DNA of 30,750 nucleotides from Candidatus Rokuibacteriota bacterium (GCA_044866005.1 JBIOTN010000147.1:1-30750), one strand, 5' to 3'; shown: positions 8,502-16,373, numbered from the stretch's first letter. Numbers and translations are program-made. The notes: generated by a model from the letters alone, not told the origin.

Positions 8502-8510
8502 CGGCACGGC
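8329..8510 (+). repeat. Dispersed repeat, module B bracketed by imperfect inverted end motifs, in the gspG leader
   Basis: Left ccgttgcatctctgcgtcc (8329-8347) resembles cggtcgcatctccgcgtcc (6734-6752); module B at 8363-8448; right gacgccgggatgcga (8480-8494) is the inverted end motif. Confidence 0.8.
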
Positions 8511-9733
8511 TAGAGGGGCAGCTCGTTGATGCTCAAGATCGCGAGCAAGATCGAGATGACGATCCCGAGGACGACGAGCCCGAGCGCCAGGATGATGACC
8601 GGCTCGAGAAGCGCGATGAAGCGGCGGACGGCCAGGCGGATCTCGGTCTCGTAGGTCGAGGCGACGCGGCCCAGCATCTCCTCCAGCCGCCCCGTCTCCT
8701 CGCCCACCCGGACCATGTGGACGGCCAGCGGCGGGAAGGCGCCACTGTCCGCCATGGGCCGCGCCAGCCCGTCGCCCCGCTTGGCGCCCTCCTGGACCGT
8801 GCCCAGCGCCAGCGCGAGCACGCGGTTCCCGGCCACTTCCCGCGCCACGCCGAGGGCGGTGAGGACCGGGACCCCCGAGTGGAGCAGGGTCCCGAGCGTC
8901 CGGGCGAAGCGACCGACCTCCACCTTGCGCACGACGTCCCCGAACAGCGGAAGGCCGAGGAGCCAGCGGTCCACGCCGAGCCGCCCCGCCTCCGACCGGC
9001 TCACGATCTGCCAGGTGAGGAGCGCGCCGAGGCCGATGAGGCCCAGCACCCACCAGTACGCGACCAGGCCCTCGCTGAGGCCGAGCAGCACGCGGGTCGG
9101 TAGCGGGAGCGTCTGGCCGAGGTCCCGGAAGATGACCGCGAAGCGGGGCAGCACGAACGTCATGAGGAAGATCACCGCGCCCACCCCGACCGTCACGAGC
9201 AGCGCCGGGTAGATCGCGGCCGAGGTGAGCGCGTCACGCAGCTCGCGCGAAGCTTCGAGGTGCTCGGCGAGGCGCCGGAGCGCCGCCTCGAGAACGCCCC
9301 CCTTCTCTCCCGCGCGGACGGTGTTGATGTACAGGCGCGAGAACGGGCGCGGATGGTGTCGGCTCAAGGCGTCGGCGAGCGTCGAGCCGGTCCGGACGCT
9401 CTGGCCCACGTCCTGCACGATCTGCCGGAGCCGCGGGCTGACCGACAGGTCCGCGAGGATGGTGAGGGCGCGGTCGAGCGGGATCCCGGCGTCGAGCAGC
9501 GTGGAGAGCTGCTGGGTGAAGGCCAGCAGATCCCGCGCCGGGACGCGCTGCGGCGCGGCGAGCGGCAGGCTCAGCCGGCCGAGCCGCGGGCCGCCGTCGG
9601 CGGCCTCCACCCGCACCGGAAAGTACTCCTCCCGGTGCAGGCGGTCCACGACCGCCTGGGGGTCGTGGGCTTCCATGACGCCGTCGATCGTCCGGCCGGC
9701 GCGGTCGGCCGCCCGGTAGGTGAAGACGGGCAT
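8510..9733 (-). CDS. gspF: T2SS inner-membrane platform protein GspF
   Basis: 'MPVFTYRAAD', 'FTQQLSTLLDAGIPL', 'VRAGEKGG', 'AIYPA', 'RFARTLGTLLHSGVP', 'MVRVGEETGRL', 'LLEP'. Confidence 0.97.
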   Translation of the reverse strand: MPVFTYRAADRAGRTIDGVMEAHDPQAVVDRLHREEYFPVRVEAADGGPRLGRLSLPLAAPQRVPARDLLAFTQQLSTLLDAGIPLDRALTILADLSVSPRLRQIVQDVGQSVRTGSTLADALSRHHPRPFSRLYINTVRAGEKGGVLEAALRRLAEHLEASRELRDALTSAAIYPALLVTVGVGAVIFLMTFVLPRFAVIFRDLGQTLPLPTRVLLGLSEGLVAYWWVLGLIGLGALLTWQIVSRSEAGRLGVDRWLLGLPLFGDVVRKVEVGRFARTLGTLLHSGVPVLTALGVAREVAGNRVLALALGTVQEGAKRGDGLARPMADSGAFPPLAVHMVRVGEETGRLEEMLGRVASTYETEIRLAVRRFIALLEPVIILALGLVVLGIVISILLAILSINELPL

Positions 9734-9773
9734 CAGCCGGTCGCCCGGGACGATCCCCGACGCCCGGAGCGAC

Positions 9774-11483
9774 TCACTCCTCCGAATCCTCGTGCGTCAC
9801 GCGCAGGACTTCGTCGATCGTGGTGACGCCCTGGCAGCACTTCGCCCACCCGTCCTGGCGGAGGGTGGTCATGCCTTCGGCGATCGCCCGCTGCCGGACC
9901 TCGTGCCCCGCCGTCTTCCGGAGCGTCAGCGAGCGCAGCTCCTCGGTCATCGGCAGGAACTCGTAGATGCCGGTCCGGCCGCGATAGCCCGTGCCGCGGC
10001 AGTCGGCGCAGCCCTTGCCGCGGAAGAGCGTCGCATCATGCGGCACGGCCTCGATCCCCATCGCGCGCAGCTCCTTGGGCTCGGGCTCGCAGGGCACGCG
10101 GCAGACGGGGCAGATCAGCCGCACCAGGCGCTGAGCGAGCACGCCCTCCAGCACCGAGGAGACGAGGTAGGGCTCCGTCCCCATGTCGAGGAGCCGGGTG
10201 AGGGCGCCCGGCGCGTCGTTGGTGTGGAGCGTCGAGAAGACCAGGTGACCGGTCAGCGCCGCGTGGATGGCGATGTCGGCCGTCTCCAGGTCGCGGATCT
10301 CGCCCACCATGATCACGTCCGGGTCCTGGCGCACGATGTGCCGGAGGCCGGCGGCGAAGGTCAGGCCGATCTTCGGCTTGACGTGGATCTGGTTGACGCC
10401 GCGGAGCTGGTACTCCACCGGGTCCTCGATCGTGATGATCTTCTTTCCCGGGCTGTTGATCTTGTCCAGGGCGGCGTAGAGCGTCGTCGTCTTGCCGGAG
10501 CCCGTGGGGCCCGTCACGAGCATCATCCCGTGCGGCAGGTGAATCAGCCGTTCCACGTGTCGCTCGGTGCCCGCGTCGAAGCCGAGCCGCTCGAACGGCA
10601 TCAGGATGGCGGCGCGATCGAGGAGCCGCATGACCACGCTCTCGCCGTGGATCGTCGGGATGGTGGAGACCCGGATGTCCAGCCGCCGGCCCTGGAGGCT
10701 CATCCGGATCCGACCGTCCTGGGGCAGCCGCCGCTCCGCGATGTTGAGCTCGGCCATGATCTTGATCCGGGACGTGATCGCCGACTTGAGCCGCTTCGGG
10801 GGGGTCTCGGCGTCGAAGAGCACGCCGTCGATCCGGTACCGGACACGGAGATTGTCCTCGAAGGGCTCGATGTGGATGTCCGAGGCGTTCGAGCCCACCG
10901 CGTTCTCGATCAGGAGGTTCACCAGCCGGACGACCGGCGCGTCGAAGGCCATGTCGCGTAGCGAGTTGACGTCCTCGCCGGCCGCCTCCTCGCCGCCCCA
11001 GTCGTCGTCGCGGATCGTCTCGATGACCTTCTGGACAGCGGTCGAGCCCGTGCCGAAGTACCGATCGATCGCCTCGAGGATCGCCGGTTCCGTGGCCACC
11101 GACTGCCGGACCTCGAGCCCCAGGGTGGCGCGCAGGTCGTCCGCCGGGACCGGGTCGGTGGGGTCGGCGCAGGCGATGAGCAGCGTGCCGTTTTCGACGG
11201 CGAGCGGGCAGAACCGGTACTGGCGCATGTACTGGGGCGAGAGGTTCCGGAGGAAGGGGGGGCTCGTGGGGAACTCTTCCCGGCTCACGTAGGCGAGCCC
11301 CAGCCGGCGGCTGACCGCCTGGGCCATCTCCTCAGGTGTGCAGTAGCCCAGGCGGACCACGGCGTCGGCCAGCCGCTCCCCGGTCGCCCGCTGGCGCTCC
11401 TCGGCTCTCTGGAGGTCGGGCTCGGAGAGGAGGCCGGCGGCCGTGAGCCACTGGCCGAACGGCGTTTCGAGGGTCGAGTCCAT
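9774..11483 (-). CDS. gspE: T2SS ATPase GspE
   Basis: 'ASDIHIEP', 'ERRLPQDGRI', Walker A 'GPTGSGKTT', 'TIEDPVEY', 'RQDPDVIMVGEIRD', 'TGHLVFSTLHTND', CxxC...CxxC zinc motif, 'GYRGRTGIYE'. Confidence 0.98.
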   Translation of the reverse strand: MDSTLETPFGQWLTAAGLLSEPDLQRAEERQRATGERLADAVVRLGYCTPEEMAQAVSRRLGLAYVSREEFPTSPPFLRNLSPQYMRQYRFCPLAVENGTLLIACADPTDPVPADDLRATLGLEVRQSVATEPAILEAIDRYFGTGSTAVQKVIETIRDDDWGGEEAAGEDVNSLRDMAFDAPVVRLVNLLIENAVGSNASDIHIEPFEDNLRVRYRIDGVLFDAETPPKRLKSAITSRIKIMAELNIAERRLPQDGRIRMSLQGRRLDIRVSTIPTIHGESVVMRLLDRAAILMPFERLGFDAGTERHVERLIHLPHGMMLVTGPTGSGKTTTLYAALDKINSPGKKIITIEDPVEYQLRGVNQIHVKPKIGLTFAAGLRHIVRQDPDVIMVGEIRDLETADIAIHAALTGHLVFSTLHTNDAPGALTRLLDMGTEPYLVSSVLEGVLAQRLVRLICPVCRVPCEPEPKELRAMGIEAVPHDATLFRGKGCADCRGTGYRGRTGIYEFLPMTEELRSLTLRKTAGHEVRQRAIAEGMTTLRQDGWAKCCQGVTTIDEVLRVTHEDSEE

Positions 11484-11524
11484 GTCCAGTCGGCGACGAC
11501 CGGGCGCAACTCCCGGCGAGCTTT

Positions 11525-11554
11525 ACGTTACCGGAGAGGGCCACAGGACCGCAA
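11525..11554 (-). promoter_or_regulatory. Candidate sigma70-type promoter of the gsp operon
   Basis: Minus strand TTGCGG-N18-TAACGT, about 40 nt upstream of the gspE ATG. Confidence 0.35.
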
Positions 11555-11569
11555 GCAAAGTCTTTTCCC

Positions 11570-11609
11570 TTGACACGCCTCGCCCTCGATTTGCAAACTG
11601 TTTGCAAAT
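11570..11609 (+). promoter_or_regulatory. Promoter (-35 TTGACA) with overlapping Fur/Zur-type operator palindrome
   Basis: TTGACA at 11570-11575; perfect 10-1-10 inverted repeat ATTTGCAAAC-T-GTTTGCAAAT at 11589-11609 covering the -10 region (CAAACT 11594-11599). Confidence 0.75.
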
Positions 11610-12060
11610 GCCGGGCCGCGGGATTGCCGAGATGGAGCGCCTCCGCACGCGCTTGACGACGGCCGGTCACGCCTGGACGCGTCCGCGGTCGGCGGTCCTC
11701 CACGTCCTGGTGGCGGCGTCCACGCCGCTCAAGGTCGAGGAGATCCACGACCGGCTCGCCCAGTGGTCGGGCGGGCGTGGGACCAACCTCTCCTCCGTCT
11801 ACCGGACCGTGAACCTCCTCCACGGCCTGCGCGTCGTCCGCCGCATCCAGCTCGGGGACGGGCCGCACCGGTACGAGCTGGCGGAGGATTACCGCGCGCA
11901 TCACCACCACTTCGTCTGCGAGGCGTGTGGACGGATCGAGGACGTCCGCCGGTGTCCGCTGGAGGGGACCGACCTCGGCACCGGGGTGGTGCGCTCGCAC
12001 GCCCTGGAGCTGTTCGGGGTCTGCCGGGAGTGCGCGCGGGAGGGCCATGTCAGCGTGTGA
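11608..12060 (+). CDS. Fur-family transcriptional regulator, probably Zur
   Basis: 'TRPRSAVL', 'LSSVYRTVNLL', 'HHHHFVCEACGRIEDV', C-terminal 'LFGVCREC'; adjacent to a ZIP transporter. Start ATG 11608 or 11632. Confidence 0.9.
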   Translation: MPGRGIAEMERLRTRLTTAGHAWTRPRSAVLHVLVAASTPLKVEEIHDRLAQWSGGRGTNLSSVYRTVNLLHGLRVVRRIQLGDGPHRYELAEDYRAHHHHFVCEACGRIEDVRRCPLEGTDLGTGVVRSHALELFGVCRECAREGHVSV

Positions 12061-12097
12061 CGGATCCTAGCCTCGGCTGCCCCAGGGAGGTTTCCCG

Positions 12098-12793
12098 ATG
12101 GTCTATCTCCTTCCCTTCGTTGCCGTGGCGAGCGATTTGCTCGCGGGGTGGTTTGCCCTCGGAAAGGGCGCCGCGAGGATCGAGCGTCGCTACGTCATCG
12201 CGTTCGCGGCCGGCGTCCTCCTCTCGGTGACGTTCTACGATGTCTTGCCCGAGGCCGAGGTCGCGGCGAACGCCTCCTTCCTCGCGCTCGGTTTCGTGAC
12301 ATTCTACGTGCTCGAGAAGGCCATCATGATCCACGCCTGCGGCGAGCGCGAGTGCGAGACCCACCAGATCGGCCCGATCGCCGTCCTCGGCATGGCCCTC
12401 GACAACGTGGTCGACGGTGCCGGTATCGTCTCGGGCTATCTCATCGATCCTTTCCTCGGTGTGGCCGTTACGATCGCCGTCGTCCTCCACGAGATTCCGC
12501 AAGGGATGACGGCGGCGCTGATCATGCAGGAGGCCAAGTGGAGCCCGGCGGGCATTTGGGCGGGACTCGGGCTGAGCGGCCTGCTCTACCCGGTCGGCGG
12601 ATTCATGGCCGGTCTGATCGCCCCGGAGTTCCGGCATGCCGTCCTCGCCTTCATCGCCGGCGACTTCCTGTACCTCGCGGCCGGGGACCTCTTGCCCGAA
12701 GCGCACCGCCGCTTCAACTGGAAGGTGATCACGCTGGTGCTCGCGGGCATGGCGTTCATGTTCACGCTCACGCGGCTCTTCCCCGCCGTCTAG
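12098..12793 (+). CDS. ZIP-family metal transporter (ZupT-like)
   Basis: 'AFAAGVLLSVTFYDVLPEA', TM5 'LHEIPQG', 'AGDFLYLAAGDLLPEAH'; SD AGGGAGG. Confidence 0.9.
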   Translation: MVYLLPFVAVASDLLAGWFALGKGAARIERRYVIAFAAGVLLSVTFYDVLPEAEVAANASFLALGFVTFYVLEKAIMIHACGERECETHQIGPIAVLGMALDNVVDGAGIVSGYLIDPFLGVAVTIAVVLHEIPQGMTAALIMQEAKWSPAGIWAGLGLSGLLYPVGGFMAGLIAPEFRHAVLAFIAGDFLYLAAGDLLPEAHRRFNWKVITLVLAGMAFMFTLTRLFPAV

Positions 12794-12845
12794 CGGGCGC
12801 CGGCCGGCCCGTGCCCCTGCTCCTCCCCTGCAAGGAGGCGTTGCG

Positions 12846-13286
12846 ATGCGCTCCATCCTGGTCCTCCACGGCGCGAACCTGAACCTCCTCGGGCGGCGGG
12901 AACCGGACGTCTACGGCCGGCTCACGCTCGCCGAGGTGGACGCGGCGCTCGCCCGGCACGCGGCGGGTCGCGGCGTCAAGGTCGAGTGCCGGCAGTCGAA
13001 CCACGAGGGCGTCCTCGTGGACGCCATCCAGCGGGCCGCCGACGAGGGCTTCGCCGCGATCGTGCTGAATCCGGGCGCCTTCACCCACTACTCGTACGCC
13101 ATCCGCGACGCGATCGCGGCCGCGGGGATCCCGGTGGTGGAGGTCCACCTCTCGAACATCCACGCCCGGGAGGCATTCCGGCGCCGCTCGGTGACGGCCG
13201 CCGTCTGTCGGGGCCAGGTCTCGGGGTTCGGTCTCAAGAGCTACCTGCTCGGCCTGGAGGCGGCGCTGGCCTGTCTCGGCGAATGA
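12846..13286 (+). CDS. aroQ: Type II 3-dehydroquinate dehydratase
   Basis: 'HGANLNLLGRREPDVYG', 'QSNHEG', 'NPGAFTHYSYAIRDA', 'EVHLSNIHAREAFR'; SD AAGGAGG. Confidence 0.97.
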   Translation: MRSILVLHGANLNLLGRREPDVYGRLTLAEVDAALARHAAGRGVKVECRQSNHEGVLVDAIQRAADEGFAAIVLNPGAFTHYSYAIRDAIAAAGIPVVEVHLSNIHAREAFRRRSVTAAVCRGQVSGFGLKSYLLGLEAALACLGE

Positions 13287-13361
13287 CCGCGGCCCCCTAC
13301 CGGTCAGAGGAGGCGAAGGCCTCGCGGTCGCCCGCGACGGGGGGAGGGACGGGCCGCCTCC

Positions 13362-14564
13362 GTGAGTGAGGAAGACCGCGAGGCCGTCCGGCGCGTGCAG
13401 GCCGGCGAGACCGAGGCCTTCGAAGTGCTCGTCGAGAAATACCAGCGCAAGACGTTCCGCCTGGCCTACGGGGTGCTGAGAGACCAGGAGGAGGCGCTCG
13501 ACGTCGCCCAGGAGGCATTCGTGAAGGCGTTCCAGTCGCTGCCGAGGTTCAAGGGAGAGTCGGCCTTCTACACCTGGCTCTTCCGCATCACGATGAACCT
13601 CGCCCTGGACCGGAAGCGGCAGCGGAGCACCCGGGCCAAATCGCTCGGCGCCGAGGACGTGCCCCCCGAGGAGTGGGAGCGCACCGCGGTCTCGCCCGAC
13701 GCGGGACCCGAGGAGGAGGCGGCGTCGGCGGAGCGGCGGGCGCGGATCACGCGCGCGCTCGACACGTTGTCCGAGCAGCACCGCTCCATTATCATCTTGA
13801 GCGACATCCAGGGCCTGTCGTACCGCGAGATCGCGGAGGTGCTCGCCATCCCGATGGGCACGGTCATGTCCCGGTTGCACAACGCGCGCAAGCGGCTGCG
13901 CGATGTCCTCGGGGCCGGCGCCCTGGCTCTCCTCGTGGCCGTGGCCCTGGCTCTCCTCGTGGCCGTCGCCCTCGCCGCGGTGCTCGCCGCGCCTGCCGGG
14001 GCGCAGGCGCCGCCCGGCGCCGCCCCGGGCGGGCCGCCCCCGCCCGGCGGACCGCCATCGCAGGGCCCCGGCGCGCAGGTCTGCGTCTATGCCCTCGTGA
14101 TCCTGGCCTCGAATGCGCCCTCCGGCCCCGGCGCGGCGCTCACCCCGACGCCGTCGCTCAAGGCTCCCGGCAGTGAGCCCGAGTCCCCACCGGCGCGGTC
14201 CGGCGGCGGGGGCGAGCCCTCGCCGCCCAGCGGGTGCGGGACGCCCGTCCAGCTCCAGCCCTGGGTCCCGCGCCTGCGGGAGGTCTTCGGCTACACGACG
14301 TACGAGCCGATCAGCGCCTTCGAGACCACCATGCCGATCGGGATGCCCCAGCGATTCGCGCTGCCGGGCGGCCGTGAGCTCCAGATCCAGCCGCTCGCGC
14401 TCTTGCCTTCGGTCGTGCGCATCGCGGTGAAGATCCTGCGCGGGCCGATCGTCGAGATCGCGACGGTGATGGACGTGCCGCCGCGCCGGCCCGCGCTGAT
14501 CGGCGGGCCGCCCCACGGCCCGGGCGTCCTCATCATCGCGATCCGCTCCCGCCCCGGCCGTTAG
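13362..14564 (+). CDS. ECF sigma factor (RpoE-like) fused to a TM/signal-like segment and a C-terminal domain
   Basis: Sigma2 'AFEVLVEKYQ...ALDVAQEAFVKAF...FYTWLFRITMN'; sigma4 'GLSYREIAEVLAIPMGTVMSRLHNARKRL'; continues without a stop into the hydrophobic 'ALALLVAVALALLVAVALAAVLAAPAGAQ' and about 185 further residues. Confidence 0.9.
   Translation: MSEEDREAVRRVQAGETEAFEVLVEKYQRKTFRLAYGVLRDQEEALDVAQEAFVKAFQSLPRFKGESAFYTWLFRITMNLALDRKRQRSTRAKSLGAEDVPPEEWERTAVSPDAGPEEEAASAERRARITRALDTLSEQHRSIIILSDIQGLSYREIAEVLAIPMGTVMSRLHNARKRLRDVLGAGALALLVAVALALLVAVALAAVLAAPAGAQAPPGAAPGGPPPPGGPPSQGPGAQVCVYALVILASNAPSGPGAALTPTPSLKAPGSEPESPPARSGGGGEPSPPSGCGTPVQLQPWVPRLREVFGYTTYEPISAFETTMPIGMPQRFALPGGRELQIQPLALLPSVVRIAVKILRGPIVEIATVMDVPPRRPALIGGPPHGPGVLIIAIRSRPGR
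13920..13967 (+). repeat. 24-bp tandem duplication in the sigma-factor TM segment
   Basis: gccctggctctcctcgtggccgt(g/c) x2, encoding ALALLVAV x2. Confidence 0.9.
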
Positions 14565-14568
14565 GCCT

Positions 14569-14777
14569 TCGGGGGGTCTCGGAAGACCCCCGATGCCCCC
14601 TCTAAGGGCTGGGGGTGGGCCGGCGGCAAAAGCCGCCGCTCGGAGCCGTGGAACCCCCGCGCGGTTTCGTTCAGGCTGCGGGTCCCGGGGGGAGGCAGGC
14701 GCGAGCCGTTCGCCGAAGGGCGAACGGTCGGGCTTTGCCCGAAGCGCCGTCGGAAGGGGGGCAGAGCCCCCCTCCGA
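14569..14777. repeat. REP/BIME-like mosaic of short palindromes
   Basis: Hairpins at 14569-14593, 14621-14638 (cggcggc-aaaa-gccgccg), 14706-14727 (ccgttcgcc-gaag-ggcgaacgg), 14728-14742 and 14750-14777; related units at 18521-18590. Confidence 0.75.
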
Positions 14778-14800
14778 GTGTAACGTGCTACCATCGCGCT

Positions 14801-16324
14801 GTGAGCGAGGAAAGGCTTCAGCGGGAGATCGCACGGGTCCAGCAGGGAAATCTCCGCTATCGGGAGAAGCTCCGCGAGGAGGGCAAGCTCTTCGTCCGGG
14901 AGCGCCTCAAGCTCCTGCTCGACCCCGGGACCGACTTCCAGGAGGACTGGCTGCTCGCCCGCTCGCAGGAGTCCGAGACGCCGGCGGACGGCGTCGTGAC
15001 CGGCATCGGGACCGTGCTCGGCCGGCCCGTGTGCGTCATGGCCAACGACTACACGGTCAAGGCGGGCTCCTGGGGCGAGAAGACCGTCCAGAAGATCGTC
15101 CGGATCCAGGAGAAGGCGGCCCGGCTCGAGCTGCCGCTCCTCTACCTGGTGGACGCCGCGGGCGCGCGGATCTCCGAGCAGGTCCGGACCTTTCCGGGCC
15201 GGTTCCACGCCGGGCGCATCTTCTACAACGAGGTCCAGCTCTCCGGCGTCGTGCCGCAGATCTGCGTCCTGTTCGGCCCCTCGCCGGCGGGCTCCGCCTA
15301 CCTGCCCGCGCTCACCGACGTCGTGATCATGGTGGACGGCAAGGCCTCGATGTACGTCGGCTCCCCGCGCATGGTGGAGATGGCGATCGGCGAGAAGGTG
15401 GACCAGGAGGCGCTGGGCGGCGCCCGCATGCACTGCGAGGCGTCGGGCTGCGGCGACATCCTCGCCGGCTCGGACGAAGAGGCCATCGAGCTCGCCAAGC
15501 GGTACCTCGCGTACATGCCGCAGAGCCACCGCGCGCGCGTCGCGCCCGCGGAGGCAGCCGAGCCGGCGCCCGGGCGATCCATCGAGGAGATCGTTCCCTA
15601 CGACCAGCGCAAGTACTTCGACATGTACGAGGTCATCGACCGGCTGATCGACGCCGGCTCGTGGCTTGAGCTGAAGGCGCTCTTCGCTCGCGAGGTCATC
15701 ACGGGCTTCGCGCGCCTGGGCGGCCGCGCCGTCGGCATCGTCGCCAACCAGCCGAAGGTCAAGGGCGGCGTCCTCTTCGTCGACTCCTCGGACAAGGCGG
15801 CGCGCTTCGTCTGGCTCTGTAACGCCTACAACGTCCCGCTCGTCTACCTCGCGGACGTCTCCGGCTTCATGGTGGGCAGCAAGGTGGAGCGCGCGGGGAT
15901 CATCCGCCACGGGGCGAAGATGATCTTCGCCACCGCGCAGGCCACCGTGCCCAAGGTCTCGGTCATCGTGCGCAAGTGCTACGGGGCCGGCCTCTACGCC
16001 ATGTGTGGGCCGGCCTACGAGCCGGACGCGGTGCTGGCGCTGCCGCAGGCGCAGATCGCCATCATGGGTCCCGAGCCCGCCATCAACGCGGTCCACTACC
16101 ACCGCATCATGGAGCTGGAGGGGGACGCCCGCGCCGACTTCGTCCGGCAGAAGCGCGAGGAGTACCAGTCGGACATCGACATCTACCGCCTCGCCTCCGA
16201 GATGCTGGTCGACGACGTCGTGCCCCCGTCCACGCTCCGCGCCGAGCTCATGAAGCGTCTCGCTTACGCCGAGACGAAGCAGCAGCGCTTTCCCCCGCGC
16301 CGGAACGGCGTCTACCCCGTCTGA
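14801..16324 (+). CDS. Acyl-CoA carboxylase carboxyltransferase (beta) subunit
   Basis: 'RERLKLLLDPG', 'PADGVVTG', 'ANDYTVKAGS', 'LGGARMH', 'GIVANQP', 'DKAARF', 'GFMVG', 'RKCYGAG', 'MGPEPA'. GTG 14801 chosen as start. Confidence 0.93.
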   Translation: MSEERLQREIARVQQGNLRYREKLREEGKLFVRERLKLLLDPGTDFQEDWLLARSQESETPADGVVTGIGTVLGRPVCVMANDYTVKAGSWGEKTVQKIVRIQEKAARLELPLLYLVDAAGARISEQVRTFPGRFHAGRIFYNEVQLSGVVPQICVLFGPSPAGSAYLPALTDVVIMVDGKASMYVGSPRMVEMAIGEKVDQEALGGARMHCEASGCGDILAGSDEEAIELAKRYLAYMPQSHRARVAPAEAAEPAPGRSIEEIVPYDQRKYFDMYEVIDRLIDAGSWLELKALFAREVITGFARLGGRAVGIVANQPKVKGGVLFVDSSDKAARFVWLCNAYNVPLVYLADVSGFMVGSKVERAGIIRHGAKMIFATAQATVPKVSVIVRKCYGAGLYAMCGPAYEPDAVLALPQAQIAIMGPEPAINAVHYHRIMELEGDARADFVRQKREEYQSDIDIYRLASEMLVDDVVPPSTLRAELMKRLAYAETKQQRFPPRRNGVYPV

Positions 16325-16373
16325 TCCCGCGCGATGGGCGATCGCGCGCTGCTCCGGCGAGGTGGCGCCTCGG

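Noticed and set aside
4965..8510. Repeat copies as a CRISPR array or autonomous IS element
   Set aside because: Irregular spacing, mixed orientation, degenerate copies; no cas, transposase or integrase gene in the window.
14615..14800. Upstream in-frame extensions of the carboxyltransferase, and likewise of cobS, the FAD oxidoreductase, DUF420, btuF, btuC and btuB
   Set aside because: The extensions cross palindromic repeats, promoters, riboswitches or neighbouring genes; family homology begins at the downstream starts chosen.
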